31,406 nucleotides of DNA, from the NCBI GenBank assembly GCA_003971905.1, contig RSEE01000135.1:124001-155406 (forward strand), read 5' to 3'. Below are positions 1 to 13,026 of this stretch, in pieces. This DNA comes from Moniliella sp. 'wahieum' (lineage: Eukaryota). The translations under genes were made by a program, and so were the position numbers. Each line of letters starts with the position of its first letter. Positions within the stretch are counted from its first letter, which is position 1. The notes beneath the pieces are model-generated. The model saw nothing but the letters and a program-made list of their open reading frames with translations, ran no database searches and had not been told where the DNA came from.

Positions 1-2406
1 ATCGTCCATAGTGACATAAGCCTGTGGAGCGCACAAGTCGGCATGGTGGGCGTAGAACGCGGCGTAGCCTCCATCTAGGACATACAGTTCGGGGAAATGG
101 CATGCCGGGTAATCCTGGACATCTGCGCGGTCGCGATCGGCAGCGCGCAGTGCGCGCGCGAGCGTCGGTCCGCGCTTGGCTGAAAACTCACAGTGGAAAA
201 TGAGGATATGCTTTTTCCCAGCGGACAGGCTGGTTTGCCTCGGCGGCAAAGCCTGGGAAGCATGGAGACCTTCCCCCGGCGTGAGGAGGTGACGCACAAC
301 CGTATCGGGGGACCAGAGGTTGACTGACCCGGGATCGCACCACCCTCATGCTCGTACGGGAACCGACAGTCCACCACTGTGAACCCGCTGATGGAGTTAT
401 CAAATTCGCCCTGCAACAGTTGTGCCATCGTGGCGGGCGTGATGCGTACCAACCCATCATCTTTGACACTGAACGACGGAAGAACTTTACCTTCGCGCTC
501 CGACGCTCCAAAGCCCCCCAACGCCCCGCCAGGAGGGAGGAGAGCATCACGCGCGGCGAGCCGTCCTGCGCAGACACGGCAGCTGCTGCAGCTGCCGCCT
601 CGCCCGCCGGTCCACCCAGCTCCATCCGACGACGCGAGTGCAGCAAAGGCGACGAATCGTCTGCCGATGGCGTGCGTGGGGGGAAGGCCAAGCGCAGCGC
701 CGGTCCCAATCCGGCCGGCGACCCATCCAGCACCAGCTGACCCCCACCAGCACCACCCCACCACCACCAGTAGTACCACCAGTAGCAGTAGCGTGGGTGC
801 TGCCTAGCCGTTCCATCGTGGACGAAGGCGAGATGGCGTCCCAGGAATTACGGCGCCGTGCCGGGGTGGGCGTTGCGCGCACACTGGCCATCGACCCGAA
901 TCCGAATCCTGATCCTGATCCTGACCCGAATCCCAGTCCCGATCCGGAGGCGGATACCCCCGATACACCCGATCCGGACGCGGGGAAGGACAGCGCCGAG
1001 GAACTGGGCCCAGCAGGGTGCGGTGGTGCACCCGCACCATCTGCACCTTTTGCCTCAGTTCCCTCAGTAGGTGCACGTGTATGTGCAGCGTCAGGTGGAT
1101 TGGGTGCTGCGCCATCCGCCTGGAGCGCAGCCAAGGCACCAAGGAACGAGGGGGACCCATGTACGCGCCCCGTGCTGCTCCCCGGTAGTGTCGAACCCAA
1201 CGTCGATCCTAACGTCGAACCCAACGTCGATGTCGGCGGGAGCAGCGTATCGAACAACAGCCCGTTTCGTCCGGGAGGGCGCAGAGCCGGACCTTTACCC
1301 TTACCCTTACCCTTACCCTTACCCGGAGCAGGAGCCGGGACGCACTGCACGTGCCATTGGAGGAAGAGGATGTGGTGGGTAGGGGGGCCGCTAGTGTAAG
1401 TGCCGGTACAGCCGCGGGTAAGGGGGAGCATGTCCTCCCACCTTGGGCTCGTCGGTGGTCATGTTTTCGTCCGCGTCCGCGTCGTGGGTCGGGTCTGTGG
1501 TTGGGGCGGGACCTTTGCTCGAGCCAGGCCCAAGGGACGACCGGGCGACCCCCCCACCAGCACCAGGACCTCCAGCGCGGTGGAGGGAGGAGCGTGGGTC
1601 GCGGTCGGTGTGAGGCTGGGCAGGGCGCAGGCGGAGGGGCAGGCCGGTGGACGGGGGGAAGGGCGAGTGGGAGGGGGAAAAGGAGCAGGAGTCGAAAGAG
1701 GAAGAGGAGGAGGAGAAGGACGAAGGGAAGCAACCCACGGGGGGGGCAAGAGCAAGAGTACCAGTACCATTCCCACTGTCAGGAGCAGCAGGAGGACCAC
1801 CCGTGGGGGGGGCGGAGGGAGCGGTAGGTGCGGGGGAGAGGTGGTGGAGGGCTCGGGCGGCGCCTGCGAGGGAGCTGAAGGAGGAGGAGGCGTCGGCGGG
1901 GAGGTCGAGGGAGGTGTCGGGGCTGTTGGGGTGGAAGAAGAGGCGGCGAGGTGGTCGGGGGGATTCTTCTTGCTGGTGTTGGTGTTCGTGGGGGATGGAG
2001 GCGGGGGGGACGAGGCAGCTGGAGCGGGTATGGGTAGGTTGAGGATGAGGTTGCGGATGGGGATGGTGGGGATGGGCAAGCGGGAGGGAGTGGGGCCGCT
2101 GGGAGCGCTTGCGTGGCGGGGCGCAGTCGGGCTGAGGGGCGAGGCGGGGGAGCCCGAGGGCAGCGGGCGGCGGTGCTTGGCGGCGGGGCGCTGCTCGATG
2201 CCGAGCAGCTGGCCCAGCAGGGGAGCGTGCGCGGCGAGGCGGTGGTGGTGATGCCGAGGGTGGTGGCGGGCGGTGGAGGTGGTGGTGGTGGTGGTGTTGC
2301 TGGTGGAAGAAGTGGTGGCAGTCGTACGATTGTCCGTAAGGCTCATGTGCGACCAGGAGCGGTCGATGTCCGAGAGCGCCTTGGCTTCGTCCGAGGGCGA
2401 ATGCAT
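1..2406 (-). CDS. cdc25: Cdc25/Mih1 M-phase inducer tyrosine phosphatase (rhodanese fold); 3' end beyond left edge; several frameshifts
   Basis: ORF 75..779 contains LPSFSVKDDGLVRITPATM..VVDCRFPYEHEGGAIPG. A second frame at ~220-1 reads KKHILIFHCEFSAKRGPTLARALR..FPELYVLDGGY..QAYVTMDD, with the HCX5R active site. The long Ser/Pro-rich N-terminus is spread over ORFs 1459..2406 and 547..1431. The start at ATG 2406 is inferred. Confidence 0.9.
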
Positions 2407-2615
2407 TGGTGTTGGTGGTTAGCTCTTCTAATGCTACTGCTATCGGCCAATACACACACCACTACCCCCCTCCACGTGACCCTCACGTGTCGACTCCCTT
2501 CCCTTCCACGTGGGCCCACGTGACCCACCCGCGCGCGCCCCACCGCCATTGCGATCGCCACTCTGGTTACCACCACCACCACCACCAGAATCTTAACCAC
2601 CCCCCCACCCCCCCC
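2407..2615. promoter_or_regulatory. Compact bidirectional promoter between cdc25 and cla4 with four CACGTG E-boxes
   Basis: 209 bp separate the divergent ATGs. CACGTG occurs at 2473, 2484, 2507 and 2517; the last two form the 16-bp palindrome CACGTGGGCCCACGTG (2507-2522). Confidence 0.6.
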
Positions 2616-4895
2616 ATGGACGCCTTCAGCGCCCCCCTCACGCCCTCGCGCCGCGCCCCCCCGTGCCCGGCGCACTCACCCCCACCCCCGCCGCCGACCC
2701 CCCCCCTCCGAGGTGCGCAAGGGCTACGTCAGCCTCAAGGAGGACGGGCTGCGCTCCTGGATCTGGTCCAAGCGCTGGCTCGCCCTGCGCGACCAGACGC
2801 TCACCTTCCACAAGACCCAGGCCACGTACCAGCCCTCGACGCTCATTTCTGCGCGACATTACCGCCGTCACGCGCACCGACCTCAAGCCCTACTGCCTCG
2901 AGATCGAGACGCGCGAGAACAAGTCGTACTTTGTCCAGCTCAAGTCGGATGCCGAGCTGTACGCCTGGATCGACGACATTTATGCGCGTGCGCCCCTGCT
3001 CGGCGTGTCGGCGCCCACCGACTTTAAGCACCAGGTCCACGTCGGGTTCGATCCCGTCTCAGGCGCCTTCACGGGCCTGCCGGAACAGTGGACCAAGCTT
3101 CTCACCACCTCGGCCATCACCAAGGAAGATTACGTCAAGAACCCCCAGGCTGTCCTCGACGTGCTCGAGTTTTACACGGACATTCAGAAACGCGAGCGCG
3201 ACGATTTCGGCAACCTCGTCACCCCGACTACGTCCCACTCCAACGTGCCCGCCAGCCCGGCCGCTCCGGCGCCCAGCAGCAGTACCGCCAGCAGTGGCAC
3301 TACTCTAGCCCATGACCAACCCCAATCCCAACCGGCCGCCGTCGTCATGGGCAACAATGCGCGTTTTGCCGGCACGGGCTACGCTGGGTCCCAACAGGGC
3401 TTGCGCGATGCCCAGACCCAAGCCCACCAGCACGCTCACGCCCATGCACCCGCACACCGTCCTGGCTACCCGCACGCTGCGCCCTCAGCCTCGCGTCCGG
3501 CGCCCGCACCGCCTACGAGCCTAAGCCAGCTGCGCAGCCATGGGCAACAACGTGCTGGCACTTCACCCTCGGGCACTGGGCAAGGACTTTCAGCATCTCG
3601 TCCTGCGCCCTCAACGCCTTCCCCCATCTCTTCGTCCGAAACGGTCGCAGCGCCTGGGGGTGGTAAGTCGGTGGTCCCTGCGCGGTCGCCGTCGACAACC
3701 AAGGTGGGTGTGGATAAAGTTGTGGAGCAGACGGCTGGTCTGACACTGTCGCCCTCGCGTCCTGCGCCCAGTGCGCCCGGTGCATCTGCTGTGCAAAAGC
3801 CCGGAAGTGACAGTGGTGGCAAGAGCGCAGTAGCCAGTCCGGCTGGTGCGCCGCGCGTGCCCGCGTCGGCTGGACCGACCAAGCCGCTGCAGCCGACCAA
3901 AGCTGGGACCAGCACTACCAGTACGAGGGTGCCTGCTGCCGGTGCTACTGCTGGTACTGCTACAGCCAAGAACAAAGAAGCCAAGAAAGAAGTGGAGCGA
4001 CGGATTTCCACCATGACGGAAGCGCAGATTATGGACAAGTTGCGTGCGGTGGTCAACCCTGCTGACCCTGCGACGGTGTACTCCAAGACGAAGAAAGTGG
4101 GACAAGGAGCGAGTGGGTCGGTGTATGTGGGCAAGTGGCTTGCGACCGGACAACGAGTGGCAATCAAGACGATGGATTTGGCGCAGCAACCACGGAAAGA
4201 GTGATTGTCAATGAGATTTTGGTCATGAAGGAATCGCAGCACCCAAACATTGTCAATTTCCTCGACTCGTACTTGGTGCGCAACCAGGAACTGTGGGTGA
4301 TCATGGAGTACATGGAAGGTGGAGCGTTGACGGACATTATCGATAACAATACGCTTTCTGAACCGCAAATTGCACGCATTGCACTGGAAACGTGCAAGGG
4401 CCTCGAACACCTCCATGCACAATCTATCATTCACCGCGACATCAAGTCGGACAATGTCCTTTTGAACCGCGGGCATGTGAAAATCACCGATTTCGGCTTC
4501 TGCGCTAAACTCACCGACCAGAAATCTAAGCGCGCCACCATGGTCGGCACGCCGTACTGGATGGCGCCCGAGGTGGTGAAGCAAAAGAGTACGGTCCGCG
4601 TGTGGACATTTGGAGTCTGGGGATCATGACGATCGAGATGGTGGAGAACGAGCCGCCGTACCTGGACGAGGAACCGTTGAAGGCTCTCTACTTGATTGCA
4701 ACGAATGGGACACCGACACTCAAGAAACCCGATACGTTGTCGCGCCAGCTCAAGTCGTTTTTGGCTGTGTGTCTGTGTGCGGACGTCAAGTCCCGCGCGA
4801 CGGCACATGAGTTGTTGCAGCATGAGTTTTTGGCTACTGCCTGCCCCTTGTCGGGTCTCGACCCTTTGCTCACCTTTCGCTCCCGCCCGCACTGA
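2616..4895 (+). CDS. cla4: Cla4/Skm1-type p21-activated (PAK) Ser/Thr kinase, PH-CRIB-kinase; frameshifted in this assembly
   Basis: PH domain [51 protein letters not shown]; kinase motifs [49 protein letters not shown] at 2616, TGA at 4893-4895. The PH domain distinguishes Cla4 from Ste20. Confidence 0.95.
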
Positions 4896-5787
4896 GTAGC
4901 AGCCTACCACCACTTGACCCCGGGGGGGCCAACACGAAGGACCACGTAAGTCTCTGGTGCTGCGTCTCCTCCCCTCGGTGCTCGGTGGGGGTGTTTTGTT
5001 TTTTGTCATGGCCACGCTCTTCCTTCTGTGTGTTGTATGGGAAGGATAGGGAGGTAGAGTAACGAGCGGGTTGTAGGCCGCGCAGGTAGTTCGCCAACCT
5101 GTTTCCTTTGCGCACTGCTTCTACCCCCATCCAACCAACGCCAGCAAAAACAGAAAAAACAGAAAAAATGTGACTACGCCCAGAATCGAACTGAGAATAA
5201 CAGAGCTCGCGGAGCTGTACGATCGTGCGACCACAATCTGTCGTGATACCTTTTCACCACGTAATCCTTGGGGTGGGTTGTGATCAGTGAAGGGGAATAG
5301 AAGAGGCAGCCGAGGGGATACCCCCTGAGTCTCCATTCCCAATTCCAACTGCACAGCGTTCGAAAGATGCCCCACACGAGGTTTCTCTCCACGGCCCATC
5401 CTCACCATCATCGACATCATCACGATCACCATCCCCATCCTCAGCATCCTCCCTATCCTGACCACCATCGCTATCCTAGCCAGACGCATCTATCTCGATG
5501 ACACCGCGGGGCCGCACATCGACAGCGGGAGCAGCGGCGCCGCGCATTGCCCTTAGTCCGCGGCGTTCTGGCTGGCCGACACAGCGAGTAGTCAGTACTC
5601 AGTCACCTGTGACAAGTGGCTTGGCCAGGACGGGGCCCGTGTCAATGGATGTGTGCCTTAGGGTTACGGTCTATCGCCTCCACACGCCCAAGAACGCGTG
5701 TGCTGCCCACGATAAGATGGGGATATAACCCATCCCCCTCCGCATCCCCACCCCCATCCCCGCCATCCTTTCCCTCGCACAGAGAGC

Positions 5788-6760
5788 ATGTCGGACGGTG
5801 CGCCTACTTCGCTCGAGTCGCTGGGGCTGTGTGCGGGGTGCGTCACGGGCTTCGAGTTGCCCGGCACGCCGCGTGGGCACGAGGAGCAGATTGGGCCGTT
5901 TGCCACGTACGTCGCTACGCCCCAGACGGTACGCGACAGCAAGGCGGTGGTGGTGTACTGCTACGACCTGTTTGGCTTTGGCATCCTTAACAACAAGCTC
6001 ATTCCCGACCGCTTGGCCGATACGTTGGGCGTGCCTGTGCTCGTCCCGCACCTCTTGCCGGACGGTGCGCCGCCCGAAACCGTAGCGGACAAACTACCTT
6101 CGACCGCGGCCGCGCACCGCTCCCAAACTCTATGGAGCAAGCTGGGCGTAGCCACGTCGCTGGTGGGGTACTTGCCGTACATGTACGCCAACCGTCCGTC
6201 GACCAAGTTTGCCGCTATGGAACAGTACCTCGTAACCCTGCGCGAAAAGTACGACCGGATCGGAGGAGTAGGGTAGTTAGCGGGTGCTTTGTGTTGGAGT
6301 TTGGTGCGCCACGGCCATCTGCGCCTGATGGGGCGCAATTTGATGCGATAGTTGCCTGTCACCCGTCCATGTACAACCTCGCTATGGTCCAGGCACTCAC
6401 TTCGCCCGTATCCTTTTGTCTCGCCGAGGAAGACGATATGACACCAGCGAAAATGCAGCAACAGGTCAAAGAGGTCTTGGCGGCCAAACCGGAGCTCCCA
6501 TCTGAACTCACCGTCTTTCCGGGCACAGTGCATGGCAGCTTTGCCCGGCCCAACTTGGCCGTGCCTGAGGTACGTTTTTTGAGGGGTGTCGAGAGGGGAA
6601 GGCAGTGGGTTCAGTGGGGATGGTGTTGGGTTAATGGTGATGTTGGACAGGGCGATGGAAATGCTGACCCAAAGGATGATATGGCCCACAGGTCAAGGCA
6701 GGCTTTGAGGGCGCACTGCGCCAGACCGCGGCCTGGTTCCAGAAACAGTTGCACTTGTAG
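5788..6760 (+). CDS. Dienelactone hydrolase family alpha/beta hydrolase (AIM2-like), one intron 6570-6691
   Basis: CAGCVTGFELPGTPRG, YCYDLFGF..NNKLIPDRLA, ACHPS, AEEDD and FPGTVHGSFARP motifs. Intron GTACGT(6570)..GCTGAC..CAG(6691) gives last exon VKAGFEGALRQTAAWFQKQLHL* (TAG 6758-6760). The nucleophile elbow near 6271-6286 is disrupted. Confidence 0.85.
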
Positions 6761-6994
6761 ACCACTGGTGTGAATTGGATTTGAGTACTAGGACAATGGA
6801 CAGGAGTAGACAGTGATACTACAAACGTCGAACCCAGACTGTTCTGTGACTGAGACGCGCCACTGCTCGTTCGCGACGGGATGGAGATCACAATAGGGTT
6901 GGCTGCGCGGTACTCTAACTGTCGTTTTCTCTTTCACTTCTTCGCCATCTACACCACTCTCGCACCACCACCACCATTCCACTCCGCGGATCGG

Positions 6995-9825
6995 ATGTCC
7001 CCCGGCGACGCGCCATTGACCTACCGGGACGTGGAGGCGCTGGGGCAGGGGTGCGTGGCCGCGCGCTGCGGGTGGTGGGGCACTGCGACGTGGACTGTGC
7101 GTTTGCGCAGTACGAAGCAGCGCGGATGGGGTGGGACGTGACGACGGAGCCGGTGGTGGTGGAGCAATGGGGCAGTCTGTTGGCCGTGTCGTACCCAGCG
7201 CGCAAGGCTGGTGTCAGTCGCATGCAGACACTCTCAGCCGCACGAAAGTGTGTCCCACCCTACGCTCCTGCCACGTCGACACGTACGCGCCCGGCGCATC
7301 TGCCCCCACGTCCCACCCATCCTCCTCCCACTCCAACTCCACTTCCACTTCCCATCCCGACCCACGCACCACAAAGTCTCCCTCGACCGGTACCGGCGCA
7401 TCGGCGTGCGCTGGCCAGTTCGTTCCGCGCCCTGTCCCACGCCGACATCCAACGCGCCGGCACCGACGAAGCGTTCTTTGATCTCTCCCGTCCAGTCCAT
7501 GCCGAACTCTGTCGTCTCTTCCCGGCCCTCGCTGTGCCCCACCTGCCACGCCACTCCCTCGACCACCCTTTGCCCCGCCACCCCGCTCCCTCGACTGTCG
7601 GACGCGGTACCGTCATCTTCCCTGCTGCCGACAACGTTGCCCAGAACACCACCGACAGTACCACCGCCAGTACCACCGACAGTACCACCGACAGCACCAC
7701 CGATCCCACCTCTGAGGATACCCCCGAGCGCACGATCGAAGACGACGCGCCGGGCGAGTCGGCGCGTGGTTCGGGCGCAGCAGGCCAAGTGACCTGGGCC
7801 GATGTGACGCTCTGGATCGGGGCGGGGATCATGGCGCGTGTGCGATCCGGGGTGCGGAGGATAGCAGTTTGGGGTTCACCACGTCAGCCGGGTGGGTCAG
7901 AACAAGCTTTTGGCCAAGCTCGGTTCGTCCCCACCGCAAACCGAATGGTCAAACGGTCGTCCTCCCCGGAGCGGGGAAAGAGTTCCTAGGCCACCATCGC
8001 GTGGTGGGTGTACCGTCGCTCAAGGGTAAGTTGGGAGGGACGTTGTGCGCGACGTACAATGCCGAGTTGGTACGTGAATTATGGGGTGTATCGGTAGACC
8101 AGTTGGCTACTTTGCTCCGCTCCCTCGATCGACCGGTGGATCCCGACGCGCTGTATGGCCTTTTGCGCGGCGTGGACTGCACCCCTGTCGTACCGGAACC
8201 AGCGACCAAGTCTATGCTCGCCAGCAAGTCTTACGTCCGCCCTTGCGCATCGGCATGGGTATGGGCATGGGTGCGGGCACGGGCATGGGCACGGGCATGA
8301 TCATGGGTACGGGCACCGGTATGGGTACGGGCACCGGTATGGGCATGGGCGCGGACGTCACTGCGGAACTGGACGGGTGGCGTCGAACGTTGGCGGTGGA
8401 GTTGGCGGTGCGCCTGACCGAGGCACGGCAGGATCCAGGCCAAGGCGCCAACTCGACCTTGACCCCTTCCACGCTCGTCTTGCGCGCTACCGTACGCACC
8501 AACGCTTCCCCGGCCAACACGTCCAGCACCACCTCTCCGTCCAGCGCCGCCAGTACGCCCAACACGGCCAGTAACAAACACGAGCGGTACGACGCACACG
8601 CGCTCGCACCAAGCTCCACTGTACCTCCCTCCCGGACGAGTCGAGGCGGAGCAACTTCTCCCACTTGCCCAGCGGCTTTGGCAGCACGTGCTACGCGATT
8701 CCACCGGCGTCGGCGTCGGACCAGCCTGAACTCACCCACTTAACCCTCGGCTTGGCTGGCTTGCACACCCCGTCAGCTACCCAGGCGTCCTTGCCATCGT
8801 TCTTTGCTGTCCCATCGGGGGTACGACTCGCACTGCTACTGCTCCTGCTACTGCTACTGCTGCTCTCCTCGTTATCCTACTACTTCGGCGGTGGTGAGAG
8901 GTGGGCGCACGGATCCAGTTCCAGCAAGGTCACTTCGCCGTTGCGTACTGCGTTTCAGTCTGTCCGTGCATCAGCATCTGCATCTGCATCTGCACCAAGT
9001 CCTGTTCCAGCTCCAGCTCCTGCTCCAGTTCCAGTTCCTATTCATGTTCCTGCACCTGGCCCATTTCTCCCGCGGCTAGACCAAGACTTTTTCACCTGCT
9101 CACGGCACCACCGTGCTCGCCCACGCGACCGCGCAGTAGCCCAGGTCCACCGCGCAACGTTTTCCGCCCATCGTCCCCCCCTCCCCGACATACGCGATCG
9201 GATCGGGTGACGCGATCGAATCTGCCCACGCGGTCGAGTCTGCCCAAGCGGTCAAGTGCGTTGGTACGATCGAGTCGGCTGACGGACGCGGTGCATGTGG
9301 AGACTGAGCGGGTATGGTGGGTGTGCACACAGTGTGCCATGCGGTTAGTCCAGCCGGTTGAGCTGGCGGTGCGCCTGCGCTCGGCCCATGACCCAGCTCC
9401 CGACCGAAATCCAAGTTCGGTCCGGACCAGACCAGGACAAACACAGGACAAAAAGGACGGACAGGGACAGGACAGATCAAGGACCGGAGCAGGACAAGTG
9501 TGTGGGAGCAGCAAGTTGCCCAAGCGCAACTATGGGCCGCCTCGCGGTAGCCGTGGAGCGACAGACGCACCTCGACTTTCACCTGGCGCAACAATTAGAA
9601 TTGCACTCGTCCGACTTGGACTGGGCCCAACCAGAACCCGGGCTCTCGTCCGACCTGAGCGGGGCCTGTTCTGGGGCTGGCGTAGGTGCTGTTCCCCCGC
9701 CGCCTCCGCGAGTACGAGCACGACAGTTAACACGACCGCCAGCCCGACTCCCAGCAAGGGCCGACCGGCGTTCGCATGCTCAGCGTGGCACGCTCCATAC
9801 GTTTTTCCCGCTCGCACGAGACTAG
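6995..9825 (+). CDS. rad30: Y-family translesion DNA polymerase eta; frameshifted in this assembly
   Basis: VVGHCDVDCAFAQYE (palm Asp), QWGSLLAVSYPARKAGVSR, KVSLDRYRR, RAGTDEAFFDLS (catalytic DE), GFTTSAG, KPNGQT, LKGKLG, KSMLASKS, UBZ-like CTQC..THLDFHLAQQL, and C-terminal PIP-like QRGTLHTFF before the stop at 9825. Confidence 0.9.
8252..8350 (+). repeat. Coding hexanucleotide microsatellite (GGCATG/GGYACG) giving a Gly-Met/Gly-Thr tract within pol eta
   Basis: About 16 imperfect 6-bp units lie directly after the KSMLASKS motif. Confidence 0.85.
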
Positions 9826-10071
9826 CGTCGCACGTCGCACGCTTTGGAATGGACGGAATGGGGACGGGAAGGATCCCTGACCCCGTCGAGATGGAGCATA
9901 TATTTGATGGCATTGGCGTGGGTTGGCATGAGGTGGCAGGGGGTGGCAGGGACAGAGTAGCACATAATAGCAAAAGGTACAGTAGGAACAGACCATCCAA
10001 GGTAGAGTCCAATTCAAGGCGGACCAACGGGGGGAAAGGTACGTGGGTAGACGGGTAGACCTTACTTGATC

Positions 10072-12089
10072 CTACAACGACCGGACTGAGCGGACAGGCG
10101 CCGAACTCACTTCATCAGTCGGATGCGTGCCTGCTCCTTCCCCTACTTTGGCGTTGGCTTCTCCTGCACCGGCACCCGCCTCTCCACGCGAAGTGGGACG
10201 GGCATACGATTCCAACGTGGCCCTACACCGCTCGGGCCAGAGGGAGAGCACGTCGCGCACACGTCCGTTCCAGGCGCCATGGACTAGCACGTACCACACA
10301 GGGTACGGTACAGGCTCTCTCTTGCTTCTCTTTCTCTTGCGTCTCTTTCTCCTTCTCGTTCGCCCCCCGGTGCGGCACTCGCTTGGGGGACACGTACTGT
10401 GGCCACGTTGGCAGGATAGGCCTGTGCATTGGCATTGGCACGTAAGAACCCAGTGGCCAAAGACGGTCGAACGCTGTGCGGGGCGAGGAAGCAAGTGGCG
10501 CACTGAGCCGCAGGAGCCAAGCAACTTGCCTGCTCTTGAAGCACCTGCGCCACGAGGTAAGCCACGCGCCACTGCTCTTTCCTCGCGGCCAACGAGACCG
10601 CCGCCAAGGCCAGTGCGACCTCACGGTACCCCATGGCGTACGAGAGCGACGCAGCGGAACTGGCCAGACCAGCGTGCGCTGTCCACTGCGCATACGGAAA
10701 TGTAATACCCCAAATGTCATGTGGTTAGCATCGGTATCGCAAGATCAAGCGTCCAACACGACGAATCGACGAACGACGAAACGGCGAATCGACGAACGAC
10801 GAAACGGCGAATCGACGAACGACGACCGCGAGACGGGACGACCGGAGTAAGAGGGAACCAAGGGGGGAAGGGGACGCACGTGCTTTACAGGGTCGGGGGG
10901 AGGGAACAAGTCCGAACGCCGAGGTAAAGGTCGAGTCTGCGTGTGGGGGGGGAACCAAGCCGCCGTTTCGGACATGGCGAGCCGTACCAGTGGAACCAGC
11001 CACGCCTCCAACCCCAAACTCGACCCTGAACTTGACCCTGAACTTGACCCTGAACTTGAGTGTAAGCGGCGCTGTCGAGGCAGACAACAAGAACTGCCAG
11101 CACAACCAGAGCGACCAGGCCTGGACGGAGCACCACCACCACCAGTAGTAGTAGTAGTAGCAGTTGCAGTAGCAGTGGAAGAACGAAGCAGCCGTACCGC
11201 CGCACGGATTGCCACATCGACCGTTTCCCGCACGTTGACTTTACTTGCCAATCGGGGCGGCGCGGGCGAGGGACGGCGTGTCTGTGCGTCATCGAGCAAG
11301 AACGAGAGCAGGTCGGCCTCTTGCGTCTCCTGCGTCTCCTGCGTCTCCTGTGTCTCCTGCATCTCGTGTGGCGTTTGTGCTTGTTCGGTCTCTTTTCTGG
11401 GTCTGGGTCGGGTTTTCCTCACCTACCTCTTCCGTGTCGTGGGTGTCGTTGGCGTGATCAAGGTGGTACGCCGGCGGAGGCGGGAGGAGACAAAGAAAGT
11501 GCAACGCATGGTACGCCAAGTGAACCGCCTGCGCATCGTATCCGCGCGCAAAGAGACTGACCACAGTCCATTCCACCTTAGGTCCCGCACGTGGATCCGT
11601 AGCCATCGCACGCACAGCGCTCCGTACCGCCTCGCACCATACGCGGTCGGTTTCTAGCTGCCGCAGCCAGGTGCGCGCGGGAGTGCACCCGCAGCAAGTG
11701 CATCGTGCGCAAAGCGGAGAAGAAGGGCAAGGTGTGCAAGTGGTGGATGATGTGGAGGACGTGGAAGAAGCGAGAGAGATGCAAGGAGGGGTGGGGGGCA
11801 AAGCGTTGGCCAGTTGAGATGGGACGAACCAGTAGGCAGTCTGTGGTGCGGGGGCGTAAGACTTGCTTTCGAGAACGGCGCGGCGGATGCGCGCTTCGCG
11901 AGCCGACTCTTTCGTCTCTTTCCTCGGCTTGTTCGCCTTCTCGTCCCCCGCTTGCTTGTCCTTGTCCTTGTCCTTGTCGGTGGGCTGGGGCGAGGCCGGG
12001 GTGGCGGAGTCCGAGTCGGCGTCCGAGTCCGAGTCGGACAGGTCGAACGCCAACAGCTCCGCTTCCAAGCCCAGCTGCGCGTCGGACAT
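10072..12089 (-). CDS. Hypothetical helical (possibly TPR-like) protein, intron 10686-10879, several frameshifts
   Basis: ATG 12089 (MSDAQLGLEAELLAFDL..). Splicing GTGCGT(10879)..GCTAAC..CAG(10686) joins ORF 10745..11422 in frame to ORF 10284..10634 (PDPVKH|WTAHAGLASSAASLSYAMGYREVALAL..). The C-terminal ORF ends VRSVRSL* at 10072. Confidence 0.65.
10762..10825. repeat. 23-bp minisatellite (CGAATCGACGAACGACGAAACGG) x2.8 inside an intron
   Basis: Exact copies start at 10762, 10785 and 10808 (partial), all within the inferred intron 10686-10879. Confidence 0.9.
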
Positions 12090-13026
12090 GAAGGCTGGAG
12101 TGTCCAAGAGAGTGGAGGGAAGTAGGAGTGCGAAGGGGGCGGCGAGGCAGAAACAAGGACAAGGGGCAGCTACGACCTGCAAGCTTCAGGTCGAGGATGT
12201 GGTTGTGGGTCCAATGGGACAGACACAGGAATCAGCAGCCGTTCGTCCCTCGACGTGCTCTTCCACCAGCTGATCGGCTTTACCTGGGACAACCAACAAA
12301 AAATACAACCAACAAAAAATAAAAAAGGAAAAAAAATGACAATAGGTGGGGCGGCCCTGGGTGATCTAGTGATGCATGATGCATGATGCATGATGGGCAA
12401 TTAGAATCGCTTGTTAGCCACTTCGCTACGGCAGATTTAGCATGTCTGCTTCTGGCACCAGAAGGGGAAGCCGGGGATCGATCATCACGGTACGGGCCAA
12501 AGCATCAATCAGATATTTGAACCAAAAGAGAAAAAAGAAAAAGGCAAATGTCTTTCAGTCAGGGTGAGGTAGGGCAAGGAGGGACACAAGAAGAGAATGA
12601 TGGGTCGGAGATCATGTTGATCATGCACATGGATGGTGGAGGTGGAGAGATGAATAGATCGATGGGTGGATGAATATATGGATGGATGGATGAAGGTATG
12701 AAGGCATGACGGCATAAAGGAACGAACGAAGGAATGGCAAGGGTGGCCGGTGACTGGCGACAGGTGGCCACAGTGTGTAAGCCCTCAGGCTCAGGCCTGA
12801 GAAGGGCACAAAGATGAGGGGAATAGTAGTATGAGGGGAATCTGAGGGGGAAAATATGAGGGGAATCGATCGAAAGAGACGAATGAGAAAGAGAGGAAAC
12901 ACGTTGAACTCTCGAACGTTCAACGTTGAACGAGCATTGCACGTTGACCACACTGCACGTTGAACGTGTTGAACCCAGACCATGTCCCAAGAGACAAGTC
13001 ACAAGTCACTGGTGGCACGTCACATA

